A DNA stretch of 63,712 bases, filler included, from Lama guanicoe (lineage: Eukaryota): assembly GCA_013239625.1 (NCBI GenBank). It is 204 parts of 204 records of this genome, joined end to end, with 100 filler letters (N's around TTAATTAATTAA, not from the genome) between each part and the next. Parts side by side here need not be neighbours in the genome. Positions count along the whole stretch, not along the records: positions 11,862 to 12,074 come from PNXV01037091.1; positions 12,175 to 12,387 come from PNXV01037092.1; positions 12,488 to 12,700 come from PNXV01037093.1; positions 12,801 to 13,013 come from PNXV01037094.1; positions 13,114 to 13,326 come from PNXV01037095.1; positions 13,427 to 13,639 come from PNXV01037096.1; positions 13,740 to 13,952 come from PNXV01037097.1; positions 14,053 to 14,265 come from PNXV01037098.1; 196 more parts are not named here. One strand, given 5' to 3'. How positions within the stretch are numbered: position 1 is the stretch's first letter; each line of letters begins with the position of its first letter. The notes under the pieces are model-generated. The model was not told the DNA's origin. It saw only the letters and a program-made list of their open reading frames with translations, and made no database searches. A program made the position numbers and the translations under genes. Positions 11,899 through 23,950 of this stretch are shown here, piece by piece.

Positions 11899-11966
11899 CC
11901 CTTCGCTGGTTAGAATTGTCCCTTCGAAGGTCAGAATTGTCCCTTCGCAGGTCAGAGTTGTCCCTC
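11899..11966. repeat. 21-bp tandem repeat, 3.2 copies (CCCTTCGcaGGTCAGAATTGT)
   Basis: Units start at 11899, 11920 and 11941. Confidence 0.9.
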
Positions 11967-14365
11967 TCCAACTCCTGAGCCCTGAGCTATGGGAGAAAAA
12001 CACATCCACGTTCAGTTGTGGCCGTCTGTGCACAAAGGGAAGGAAGGAAACAAATTCTTACCGAGCTGTCTTGGNNNNNNNNNNNNNNNNNNNNNNNNNN
12101 NNNNNNNNNNNNNNNNNNTTAATTAATTAANNNNNNNNNNNNNNNNNNNNNNNNNNNNNNNNNNNNNNNNNNNNACGCAAGTGTTCCACGCAGCCCCCAT
12201 AGGATTAAGCATTATAAAAACCATGCTCCTTCACTCACTTGCTGCCCACACACTTACTACACCCTCGTAGGAGATGGCGGATGCAAACATGTATGAGATC
12301 CAGGCCCTGCTGGAGGGAGCTGACTCGTTAGTGGAAGAAAACAAGCAGGGTAAGGCAATGAACTACCACAGGGGCTGTGCAAGATCGNNNNNNNNNNNNN
12401 NNNNNNNNNNNNNNNNNNNNNNNNNNNNNNNTTAATTAATTAANNNNNNNNNNNNNNNNNNNNNNNNNNNNNNNNNNNNNNNNNNNNCCCAAAGAAAAGA
12501 CAGAGGAAATTCAAATTTATTGCAAAGTGGAGTTGCAAGGGGGAGAGAATAGGAAGGAGAAAGAAAAGATGGAGTCAAGTACCGTATGATAAAGGATGTC
12601 TGTAAGCAACGTTGGTAGTCTAGATTCTAAAGCTCTCCATTCCCTATGCAGCCCAAGGCAGAATATCATTGATTATCTACTATGTAGCAGGCATTATGAT
12701 NNNNNNNNNNNNNNNNNNNNNNNNNNNNNNNNNNNNNNNNNNNNTTAATTAATTAANNNNNNNNNNNNNNNNNNNNNNNNNNNNNNNNNNNNNNNNNNNN
12801 CCCCCACAGCCCAGAAACCCTCCCCAGGGGCTGTTCCAAGGCTGCCCGCAATGCCCTAGGGGTGCCCGTTCACCCAGCGGCCCGGCACCCTCATTTGGAC
12901 AGCTCTGCCCACGTTTCTAATTGTTTCTTTGCCATTGAGCCCCCTGGACAGTTTAAAGATCTTGGTGGCAAATTGCTTTCCAGAAAGTTGGCCCCATCCC
13001 CTTGGCCCCTCCCNNNNNNNNNNNNNNNNNNNNNNNNNNNNNNNNNNNNNNNNNNNNTTAATTAATTAANNNNNNNNNNNNNNNNNNNNNNNNNNNNNNN
13101 NNNNNNNNNNNNNCACCACCATACAAGGCCACTGCCACTCTCTGACTTTCCCCTCAGCTGTTCCAGCTCTGCTCCACCTCAGCAACAAAGCTCATGAGGC
13201 CCTGCAGAGGAAGGCGAGTTTCCACGAAAGAGATTCTCTTTCCTTTTGCCCAGGCTCCCAAGCCTCAGGCCCTGAGTGCCCAGTCCTTGGAGAACCCACC
13301 CACCCACTGGCCACTTTAGCCTCAGGNNNNNNNNNNNNNNNNNNNNNNNNNNNNNNNNNNNNNNNNNNNNTTAATTAATTAANNNNNNNNNNNNNNNNNN
13401 NNNNNNNNNNNNNNNNNNNNNNNNNNGGGTGAATGGGAGAGTCAGCTTAGAGTTCACACTTGACCAAGGAACGACGTCTGAAGTTTAGCTTTTGAAAGAG
13501 CACGAGGTGGAGGAAAGATTCTCAGCAAATTTTGTGTTTTCGCTCCACTGCAGTTTTAGTTGGTATCAGTTGTATAATTATTGTCATTTGAATCAGAAAT
13601 TTCAAAGAGATCCTATCTCTGGGGTCATCTGCATAAAATNNNNNNNNNNNNNNNNNNNNNNNNNNNNNNNNNNNNNNNNNNNNTTAATTAATTAANNNNN
13701 NNNNNNNNNNNNNNNNNNNNNNNNNNNNNNNNNNNNNNNAAAATACAGTAAAATTAAAAGGAAGGATCGACCTTTTAAAAATATATTTCAATAAACACAT
13801 TTTTTATATATCAAGCATCCAAATTATCACATTAATGTATATTATTCTTTGTTAGCAATAACTGAACAGAACATAACTCTAATTCTAGTGATTGTACTTT
13901 CTTTCAATTTATATTAAAGAACATTATTCAGTATAAGTACTATTTAATTAAANNNNNNNNNNNNNNNNNNNNNNNNNNNNNNNNNNNNNNNNNNNNTTAA
14001 TTAATTAANNNNNNNNNNNNNNNNNNNNNNNNNNNNNNNNNNNNNNNNNNNNCCCCCCCCCAGGAAAGCAGGGACCAAAACAAAAGGGAGACCCTTTGGA
14101 AGCAAAGCACTAGCCGGCATGGGGACCCTTCTCTTCCTAAGCAAACATTGATTTTCTCTCCCTCCATTGAGTCCCTCTGGGAGTAGCAGAAAGGAGAGAT
14201 TTTTTCCTTCCTTGGTGGTTTCCAGTTCTTATATATTTTTTCCTCTGATAAGATCACCAGCCCCANNNNNNNNNNNNNNNNNNNNNNNNNNNNNNNNNNN
14301 NNNNNNNNNTTAATTAATTAANNNNNNNNNNNNNNNNNNNNNNNNNNNNNNNNNNNNNNNNNNNN

Positions 14366-14548
14366 TGAAAGAGGACTGAAGCCTCAGATGAGACTGCATC
14401 CCCAGTTGACAGCTTGATTTCATTCTGTTGAGACTCTAAATAAAGGAGTCACAAATCTGTTCCCAGACAACTGACTCACAGAAACTGAGTTGTTTAAATA
14501 TGCTAACTTGCAGTAATTTGTTGCTCAATAGTAAAGAATTAATATAGA
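14366..14548 (+). mobile_element. MaLR LTR (MLT1-type) 3' part
   Basis: gcctcagatgagactgca..tgacagcttgatt..ctgactcacagaaactg..gtaatttgtt..taataT. Confidence 0.75.
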
Positions 14549-14678
14549 TATCCATTCATTTTGTGTCTTGATGAAAACNNNNNNNNNNNNNNNNNNNNNN
14601 NNNNNNNNNNNNNNNNNNNNNNTTAATTAATTAANNNNNNNNNNNNNNNNNNNNNNNNNNNNNNNNNNNNNNNNNNNN

Positions 14679-14731
14679 GACCTCGTGCCTGCTAAGCAAG
14701 CGCTCTACCGCTCTATCTACACCCTCCTCCC
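14679..14731 (-). mobile_element. 5' part of tRNA-Ala-derived camelid SINE (Vic-1 type)
   Basis: Reverse complement gggaggagggtgtagatagagcggtagagcgcttgcttagcaggcacgaggtc; homologous to 34393-34472. Confidence 0.8.
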
Positions 14732-14744
14732 GACCCGGGAAACT

Positions 14745-14891
14745 TCTTGAACCCAAGTGTTAGTGGATTTTACTGAGGTTTCGTTACATAGGCAGGATTG
14801 ATTAAATCATTGGCCATTAGTGGTTCGTCTCTGCTCCCTCTACTCTCACCAGAGATTGAGGGGTAGGGATGAAAGTTCCAACCTCTTATCA
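14745..14891. mobile_element. MER21-like LTR fragment
   Basis: gattgattaaatcattggccatt..gaaagttccaacctcttatca matches the recalled MER21 consensus. Confidence 0.7.
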
Positions 14892-16868
14892 NNNNNNNNN
14901 NNNNNNNNNNNNNNNNNNNNNNNNNNNNNNNNNNNTTAATTAATTAANNNNNNNNNNNNNNNNNNNNNNNNNNNNNNNNNNNNNNNNNNNNTCAGTATAG
15001 AGCTTTAACAGCCTAATTGCCAAAGCTGCATTGGAAAGTACTCTATTGTACATTATTTATTTATTACATCATTTAATAGGAATGAATACTGTGTGTGATA
15101 ACAACAAATAATTTATACAAATGAGTTTATATTTTATAACACCTGTTACCTACCATAAATTCATTACAAAGAATTATTAATATAAGTTCAGAGTCACCAA
15201 ATACNNNNNNNNNNNNNNNNNNNNNNNNNNNNNNNNNNNNNNNNNNNNTTAATTAATTAANNNNNNNNNNNNNNNNNNNNNNNNNNNNNNNNNNNNNNNN
15301 NNNNCCCCCAGCCACTCACTCATCACAGGAATGTGACTGTAAGTCATTCTCACGTGTAACATCCTATAATAAAGTTTGAGCTTTGAAAAAGGCACACTAT
15401 TTAAGTGAATAGTCTTATATTTTAAAAATAACATTTTAAAAATTATTTAAATTTTAAAAATTATTTAGATTTTTAAAATTTAATTTTATTAAATTAATGA
15501 AAATGTTTATTAAATTTNNNNNNNNNNNNNNNNNNNNNNNNNNNNNNNNNNNNNNNNNNNNTTAATTAATTAANNNNNNNNNNNNNNNNNNNNNNNNNNN
15601 NNNNNNNNNNNNNNNNNACACAAAACCAGAATTATGATTATCCACAATACCCACTGCTTTAAAGTGCTTCTTGTTGAAATCTTCATCCAGTGAAGATAAC
15701 AGACAGACATTTTTAATCCCAAGTCTTCTTTTTATTCTCATTTAAAGCTGGGGACAGCCTCATTTAAAATTTGTATTATGGTAGAACTGCAGCTACAATC
15801 AAAGGAAAAACATTTTAGTAATACTTTAAANNNNNNNNNNNNNNNNNNNNNNNNNNNNNNNNNNNNNNNNNNNNTTAATTAATTAANNNNNNNNNNNNNN
15901 NNNNNNNNNNNNNNNNNNNNNNNNNNNNNNCGGAACTGGTGCATCAAGATGGTGTGTAACCCATATCCTTTGTGCGGCCAGGGCCCGCTGTTCCCTGGGG
16001 GCCTTGTCTGCCACACCTTCCTCTGGTCAGGAGGCCCGAGGCCTGGTGGCCGTGAGCCAGCTCAGGCAGTGGGTCCGGGGAGACCTCCGGCCATGGGGCT
16101 CGGACTGCTGAGGACCTGGTGTCCTGCTGATGTGAATGTTCTGNNNNNNNNNNNNNNNNNNNNNNNNNNNNNNNNNNNNNNNNNNNNTTAATTAATTAAN
16201 NNNNNNNNNNNNNNNNNNNNNNNNNNNNNNNNNNNNNNNNNNNAAATAAAAAATAAAAAAGTAGTGTTTAGTGTACATTTTAGTTATTATGTGTATTATT
16301 TAGTGTTTATTATGTTAGTTAGCTATTAGGTATGTTGTTTAGCATATATTAGTGGGCACTTGCTAAAAGTACATGGTTTATAAGATTATATCAGATTTAT
16401 GGAAATCGGTTGTCTTGTGAATTGCTTATAAAATGCACTTGATTTTCTTGGAAGGCNNNNNNNNNNNNNNNNNNNNNNNNNNNNNNNNNNNNNNNNNNNN
16501 TTAATTAATTAANNNNNNNNNNNNNNNNNNNNNNNNNNNNNNNNNNNNNNNNNNNNCGGGGCCAGTGGGCAGACCCTCTGTTTGGATCTGGGCGTTCTGG
16601 GTGTTCTTTGCTTGTTTGTTCTGTCTGCTGGGCTTCCAGAGCCCAGCTCTCCCCAGTGGGGACTCAGCTCTTCCTCCTGCCTAGGCCAGCTTCCTGGGGC
16701 CTCTTAGCATTTTTTGTTAATTGAAATACAGTTGATTTACAATGTTGTGTTAGTTTCAGGTGTACAGCNNNNNNNNNNNNNNNNNNNNNNNNNNNNNNNN
16801 NNNNNNNNNNNNTTAATTAATTAANNNNNNNNNNNNNNNNNNNNNNNNNNNNNNNNNNNNNNNNNNNN

Positions 16869-17081
16869 TCAAGAAGCATCAGAGAACACGCTACACCCAC
16901 AGGAGGGAGTGGATTAAAGTGAGGAAGAATGGGAAGCAGGGAACCCGAGTTCCGACGTGGGGGTGATGAGAGAGTGCCTGGAGGAATAAACACCGGTGTG
17001 CTAAGGGAGATTTGTGATGACGGTGTGGCCCACACACAGAAAGCAAACAGTCTAGACTGGAGCAACACGAAACATCAGCAA
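16869..17081. repeat. Near-identical contig pair B, copy 1 (partner 17182-17394)
   Basis: 4 substitutions, 49-nt identical flanks on both sides. Confidence 0.97.
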
Positions 17082-17181
17082 NNNNNNNNNNNNNNNNNNN
17101 NNNNNNNNNNNNNNNNNNNNNNNNNTTAATTAATTAANNNNNNNNNNNNNNNNNNNNNNNNNNNNNNNNNNNNNNNNNNNN

Positions 17182-17394
17182 TCAAGAAGCATCAGAGAAC
17201 ACGCTACACCCACAGGAGGGAGTGGATTAAGGTGAGGAAGAATGGGAAGCAGGGAACCTGAGTTCCGACGTGGGGGTGATGAGAGAGTGCCTGGAGGAAT
17301 AAACGCCGGTGTGCTAAGGGAGATTTGTGATGACGGTGTGGCCCGCACACAGAAAGCAAACAGTCTAGACTGGAGCAACACGAAACATCAGCAA
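17182..17394. repeat. Near-identical contig pair B, copy 2
   Basis: Direct alignment to 16869-17081. Confidence 0.97.
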
Positions 17395-17807
17395 NNNNNN
17401 NNNNNNNNNNNNNNNNNNNNNNNNNNNNNNNNNNNNNNTTAATTAATTAANNNNNNNNNNNNNNNNNNNNNNNNNNNNNNNNNNNNNNNNNNNNGGAGCC
17501 AGGCAGCTTCCTGAGACAGGAGAAGGTAATTGGGCACATTTTGGGGGCAGATACAGTTTGTTTTCATGTTAAACATATTAGACTAGACTTTATCTACTAA
17601 AAGAAATAGCTCAGTCTGTTTTTCTGGATGCAAGAGGACTTCTCCAACTGTCTTGTCGTTTTCCTGATTTCAACTGAGTCAGAGATGCAAAGAAATATTT
17701 CTTTCCTNNNNNNNNNNNNNNNNNNNNNNNNNNNNNNNNNNNNNNNNNNNNTTAATTAATTAANNNNNNNNNNNNNNNNNNNNNNNNNNNNNNNNNNNNN
17801 NNNNNNN

Positions 17808-18020
17808 TCCAGCCTTGGACTCAATAACTCCAGCTAAGGCAGATCAAAAATTGATACGGAAATTATTAAAAGAACATTCAAAGTTCCTGCAATGACCATT
17901 ACTAAGAATTCAGTTGTTGAAGGATCAGTGATAGCTGAGAAAATTAGGCAAAGCTCCTCAGGAGTTGGTTACGGCAGTACGCTTGTAGATTATGTGAATT
18001 TGATGATAAAGGAATCAAAG
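17808..18020 (+). pseudogene. HSPD1: HSPD1 (mitochondrial HSP60) processed pseudogene fragment
   Basis: [14 protein letters not shown] / frameshift / [52 protein letters not shown] / frameshift / KGI versus recalled HSP60 [70 protein letters not shown]. Confidence 0.92.
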
Positions 18021-18746
18021 NNNNNNNNNNNNNNNNNNNNNNNNNNNNNNNNNNNNNNNNNNNNTTAATTAATTAANNNNNNNNNNNNNNNNNNNNNNNN
18101 NNNNNNNNNNNNNNNNNNNNCAGTTTGGCAGTTTCTCCCAAAGCTAAGCATTCTGAACTTAGAGTCCCCTCAAAAGCCAACTCTTGAATTTAGACATCTG
18201 CTTTGAAAAACTGTTCAAACAGAAACATCAAGTAATGCACAGGAGGTCTATTCATAATGGCTTAGAAGCTCAATTGGTCAGTATGCCCGTCTGTAGATGA
18301 ACTCCTAAGTCAAGTAGTGCACATTCATGTCACNNNNNNNNNNNNNNNNNNNNNNNNNNNNNNNNNNNNNNNNNNNNTTAATTAATTAANNNNNNNNNNN
18401 NNNNNNNNNNNNNNNNNNNNNNNNNNNNNNNNNTTGGGACTAGCTCTCAGATGTGCGCTCCACTGCCATTATTTCCAGGTCAGATCTTCCCAAGCTCTTC
18501 AGCCTCTCTGCACCACCAATTCATCTGGTGCACTTACTGTCAGATTACTATTCTGTAATTACTGCTTGCATTACTTAACTCCTGTGCACACGAGTCGTCC
18601 CAAGCTCCTTCTTTCCTCCTCTGTGAAGTGTAAGCTCCCCCAGATGNNNNNNNNNNNNNNNNNNNNNNNNNNNNNNNNNNNNNNNNNNNNTTAATTAATT
18701 AANNNNNNNNNNNNNNNNNNNNNNNNNNNNNNNNNNNNNNNNNNNN

Positions 18747-18958
18747 CCATTTGCAACAACATGGATGGACCTAGAGATTATCATACTAAGTGAAACAAGT
18801 CAAACAAGGAAAGACAAATATATGATATCACTTATATGTGGAATCTTAAAAATGTGATACAAATGAACTTATTTACAACATAGAAAGAGACTCACAAACA
18901 TTGAAAACAAACTAATGGTTCCAAAGGGGATGGGAAGAGGAATAAATTAGGAGTTTGG
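18747..18958 (+). mobile_element. LINE-1 ORF2 end/3' UTR
   Basis: ccatttgcaacaacatggatggacctagagattatcatactaagtgaa..gatatcacttatatgtggaatc. Confidence 0.95.
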
Positions 18959-19371
18959 NNNNNNNNNNNNNNNNNNNNNNNNNNNNNNNNNNNNNNNNNN
19001 NNTTAATTAATTAANNNNNNNNNNNNNNNNNNNNNNNNNNNNNNNNNNNNNNNNNNNNCACATATGTGGCTTGAATTATATCTTTGTTGGACAATTATTC
19101 ACATAAAAGAACCCTTTGAATTCTTAAGGGATCACAAATGGAACAGCTTAGAGTAAGTAGGCCAAGGAAAGAATAGTGATCATCTTGAGAGAATCCTACA
19201 TTTAGGAGCCAGGAAGAAAAGGAGGAGATGACAAAGGAGACTGGGGAGTGATCGAAGATGACAGCATTAAGNNNNNNNNNNNNNNNNNNNNNNNNNNNNN
19301 NNNNNNNNNNNNNNNTTAATTAATTAANNNNNNNNNNNNNNNNNNNNNNNNNNNNNNNNNNNNNNNNNNNN

Positions 19372-19584
19372 CAAACACTTGTATTTAAATCCCTAGGGCA
19401 GTTTGCTTCAAAAGGTAGACATTCCCAGCATTGGTCTGAAACTGTCTGGACATGACATTTGGATTGAATAATCCTTGTGCTAAAAATTAATTGTAAATAT
19501 TTAGGATAAATAATGCATGAAGAAGTGTCATCAATAGTACTCACAAATGAAGTTATAACATCCACCTCTTGCATCCAGTTCCAT
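19372..19584. repeat. Near-identical contig pair C, copy 1 (partner 19685-19897)
   Basis: 6 substitutions, 49-nt identical flanks on both sides. Confidence 0.97.
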
Positions 19585-19684
19585 NNNNNNNNNNNNNNNN
19601 NNNNNNNNNNNNNNNNNNNNNNNNNNNNTTAATTAATTAANNNNNNNNNNNNNNNNNNNNNNNNNNNNNNNNNNNNNNNNNNNN

Positions 19685-19897
19685 CAAACACTTGTATTTA
19701 AATCCCTAGGGCAGTTTGCTTCAAAAGGTAGACTTTCCCAGCATTGGTCGGAAACTGTCTGGACATGACATTTGGATTGAACAATCCTTGTGGTAAAAAT
19801 TAATTGTAAATATTTAGGATAAATAATGCATGAAGACGTGTCATCAACAGTACTCACAAATGAAGTTATAACATCCACCTCTTGCATCCAGTTCCAT
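19685..19897. repeat. Near-identical contig pair C, copy 2
   Basis: Direct alignment to 19372-19584. Confidence 0.97.
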
Positions 19898-20106
19898 NNN
19901 NNNNNNNNNNNNNNNNNNNNNNNNNNNNNNNNNNNNNNNNNTTAATTAATTAANNNNNNNNNNNNNNNNNNNNNNNNNNNNNNNNNNNNNNNNNNNNAGC
20001 GGGCACACTTGCGCCCAATGTGCCTTGGCGACACGAGCGGCACCGCGCCCTGCTCCGCCGGTCTGGTCCCCGCTGGGCCCTGCCCAGGATAGGCCGGGCC
20101 GTTCTC

Positions 20107-20202
20107 TGTATTTGTATTTGTATTCTTACGTTTGTACTTCTAATACAAATAAATGCACATGTTGTCAGAAATATCGGAGCCAGGAGTCTTTCTGGTTTTG
20201 GG
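20107..20202 (+). terminator. Candidate mRNA polyadenylation site of an unidentified GC-rich gene
   Basis: Four TGTA motifs, AATAAA at 20148-20153 and a downstream GT/T-rich tract, after CpG-rich sequence. Confidence 0.45.
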
Positions 20203-22204
20203 TGGCCAAANNNNNNNNNNNNNNNNNNNNNNNNNNNNNNNNNNNNNNNNNNNNTTAATTAATTAANNNNNNNNNNNNNNNNNNNNNNNNNNNNNNNNNN
20301 NNNNNNNNNNCCCCAGTTAGGGGGGGCAGGTCCTCAGGGGTTTCACCACAGGCCTTTCCAGTTGTCCATCTTGGAGGCAAAGTGTTAACCTTGGCCAGCA
20401 TCTTCTGCTTCCTGCTGGCTTTCTGTTACTCTTCCTGGATGCACAGAGCTTGAACAGGAGAAAGATAAAGGTGTTGGAAAGAGCAATACAAACCAAAGCA
20501 AAACCCATCTGGCCGGGATTTTGNNNNNNNNNNNNNNNNNNNNNNNNNNNNNNNNNNNNNNNNNNNNTTAATTAATTAANNNNNNNNNNNNNNNNNNNNN
20601 NNNNNNNNNNNNNNNNNNNNNNNTTTTTTTTTTTAAGGAGTATCTCTCAGTTTGGGTTTACCTGATGTTTCCTCATGTTATGCATTTTTTGGCAGGAATG
20701 ATGCTGTGTTCTCAGTGCATTGTTTCAAGAGGCACGAGAAAATGATTTTTCCCATTATTTTTTTTTAATTGAAGTATAGTCAGTTCACAATGTTGTGTCC
20801 ATTTCTGGTGTACAGCACAGTGCTTCAGTCATACANNNNNNNNNNNNNNNNNNNNNNNNNNNNNNNNNNNNNNNNNNNNTTAATTAATTAANNNNNNNNN
20901 NNNNNNNNNNNNNNNNNNNNNNNNNNNNNNNNNNNAAATTAATAGATTAAAAATAAATACAGTATAAAATAGAAAAATATAAAGCACTTCATTTTACGGA
21001 AGGACTATTCCGGTAATATTGCTAGTGGGGTTAGTTATTATTAAGGTTATTTCTCTGGGAGAACTCAACGACAAGACACGTGCTTTATAGAAAGGGCTGT
21101 AGCACCATCTTGTGTGAGATACAAATTCAGTGCTTCAGTCAAGGTAGTNNNNNNNNNNNNNNNNNNNNNNNNNNNNNNNNNNNNNNNNNNNNTTAATTAA
21201 TTAANNNNNNNNNNNNNNNNNNNNNNNNNNNNNNNNNNNNNNNNNNNNTGAGAAAACAAAATGCAGAGCCCCAGGGATGGATTTACCTGCCAACGTGCAG
21301 ACAAATGACCAAAATCCAAACCTGTAACCCCTGAGATTACTTGCTAGACACTGGCGTGCCTGCCTAGATGTCAGAAAAACTTCCAAGATAAACTTCTCCA
21401 CGCAGGTAAGACGGCCACTGTAAGAAAGGGTGAGCAGCACGTGAAGGCTCCGTAGCCACCANNNNNNNNNNNNNNNNNNNNNNNNNNNNNNNNNNNNNNN
21501 NNNNNTTAATTAATTAANNNNNNNNNNNNNNNNNNNNNNNNNNNNNNNNNNNNNNNNNNNNGAAATGTTCCTCCTAAAGATCCTTCCCTCTTAAATTTTA
21601 AAAGAATATTTTTCCTCTTAAAGAAAAGCTTCAAATCTCTTCAAACTCCACAGCCTAAGACAGAAGCCTTAAGTTTTCACAACACTGAAAATTCCCCCCG
21701 CCGAACTTTTGTACCTCTGTTGATCATTTCTTGGGGATTTAAACTATTCTGCAGCATACTTTAAGCTAAATATTNNNNNNNNNNNNNNNNNNNNNNNNNN
21801 NNNNNNNNNNNNNNNNNNTTAATTAATTAANNNNNNNNNNNNNNNNNNNNNNNNNNNNNNNNNNNNNNNNNNNNTAGCTCGAGAAATGCACTCCATACCT
21901 GGAGGCTGTCTGCGAGCCCTCCCACTCCGCTGGGCTGGCTGCCCTGTGGGAGAACTGTGCTGGTTGTGGGTATTAACGGTGACTCTTGGAGGTCGGCCAC
22001 CTGAGGGGTAATTTCCATGAGCACTGATCTCATCTCCATGATCTCATCTCTCTGACTGGTTTTACAATAACTCACACTTGGAATTGANNNNNNNNNNNNN
22101 NNNNNNNNNNNNNNNNNNNNNNNNNNNNNNNTTAATTAATTAANNNNNNNNNNNNNNNNNNNNNNNNNNNNNNNNNNNNNNNNNNNNTGTTGTTATGACT
22201 AGTA

Positions 22205-22400
22205 AAACTTTAAATAGATGTTTTCCAAGAGCAGTTTTATGTTCACAACAAAACTGAGAGGAAGATACAGAGATTGCCCATATGCCCTGTCCCCATACTT
22301 GCACAGCTTTCCCTATTAGGCCACTTTGGTGCGGGACATTTCTATCTGTTTCTGTTGATGAACCAATAATGACACATCTTTATCACCTGAAGCTCATGGT
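22205..22400 (-). mobile_element. Old L1 (L1MD-like) 3' terminus
   Basis: agagcagttttatgttcacaacaaaactgagaggaagatacagagattgcccatat..gatgaaccaataatgacacat. Confidence 0.75.
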
Positions 22401-22813
22401 NNNNNNNNNNNNNNNNNNNNNNNNNNNNNNNNNNNNNNNNNNNNTTAATTAATTAANNNNNNNNNNNNNNNNNNNNNNNNNNNNNNNNNNNNNNNNNNNN
22501 ATCTATGTCATTGGGTTGCTTTGAAGATTAAATCTATTAATATCTTTAATGCCCTTGGAATTGGGCACGATGTATAGAAAACACTACAGAGCTGTCCTTT
22601 GTCTATTATTACTGGTGGTGGAGTCAGTGGTGTAGTTATCATCGATGCTTTGACATCCTCTTCTTAGTGGGATTTTTTAGAGGGACTGGATTTTGTGAAA
22701 ATAAAATCTTGACNNNNNNNNNNNNNNNNNNNNNNNNNNNNNNNNNNNNNNNNNNNNTTAATTAATTAANNNNNNNNNNNNNNNNNNNNNNNNNNNNNNN
22801 NNNNNNNNNNNNN

Positions 22814-23025
22814 AATCCAAAAATGGGCAGAAGACCTAAACAAGAAAGTCTCCAATGAAGATATATGAATGGCCAATAGGCACATGAAAAAATGCTTAGT
22901 ATCCCTAATTATTAGAGAAATGCAAATCAAAACTACAACGAGATACCACCTTACACCAGTCAGAATGGCCATTCTGCAAAAGTCCACAAATGATAAATGC
23001 TGCAGAGGCTGTGGAGAAAAGGGAA
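22814..23025 (+). mobile_element. LINE-1 ORF2 C-terminal fragment (inactive)
   Basis: [69 protein letters not shown], with an in-frame TGA. Confidence 0.97.
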
Positions 23026-23834
23026 NNNNNNNNNNNNNNNNNNNNNNNNNNNNNNNNNNNNNNNNNNNNTTAATTAATTAANNNNNNNNNNNNNNNNNNN
23101 NNNNNNNNNNNNNNNNNNNNNNNNNTGAGACTAAAGCTACATCTGGTCATGCCTCTGCCATTAACTCACTTGCAATCTTGGGTGAACCCCTTAACCCCTT
23201 CTGGTCCCCACGTCCACTCATTAATGGAGAGGCTCAAATGGGAGGGCTTGGAGGATCCTGTCAAACTCTACTCCTTATCGCTCGCCGGGTCTGCCCTGGA
23301 AACGGTCTGCTCTGCCAGAACGCAAGAAGGGAAAGGCGNNNNNNNNNNNNNNNNNNNNNNNNNNNNNNNNNNNNNNNNNNNNTTAATTAATTAANNNNNN
23401 NNNNNNNNNNNNNNNNNNNNNNNNNNNNNNNNNNNNNNCTCTAAAGTGGAGATGCTCCTAGAAAGAGAGCAGAGGTTGTCCACTCTGTCCTGGGAGCTGG
23501 CCCAGGCTTCCAGGGCAAGTGCTGGCTTCGTCTCTGCCCAGACAAGTCACACTGGGACACAAGCCGCAGTCAGATGCTGCTAAAAATCAAACAGGGAACT
23601 GTGCTGCACCAGAACCCCCTGGATAGTGCGGGCAAGACAGAGAATAGAGAGNNNNNNNNNNNNNNNNNNNNNNNNNNNNNNNNNNNNNNNNNNNNTTAAT
23701 TAATTAANNNNNNNNNNNNNNNNNNNNNNNNNNNNNNNNNNNNNNNNNNNNTTTTTTTTCCTTTTTTCACTCACCTACTTCTATTTTTAAAATACAATCA
23801 TATATAACTGGTTTCCCCATCATACATTTTGAAT

Positions 23835-23950
23835 AATTATAGTATCCACCAGAGAGGAATTGTGGCAATTAAATGAGTTGCTATGAATAAAATGCTTAGA
23901 ATGCTCTGCCAGGCACATACTCAGAGCTCAATAAACATTAGCTGTTATGA
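23835..23950 (+). mobile_element. MIR 3' part
   Basis: attaaatgagtt..aaaatgcttagaat..ggcacata..gctcaataaacattagctgttat. Confidence 0.8.

Noticed and set aside
16869..17394. Tandem gene duplication implied by adjacent near-identical ORFs
   Set aside because: Adjacency is an artefact of contig ordering, and the 49-nt identical flanks mark assembly bubbles.
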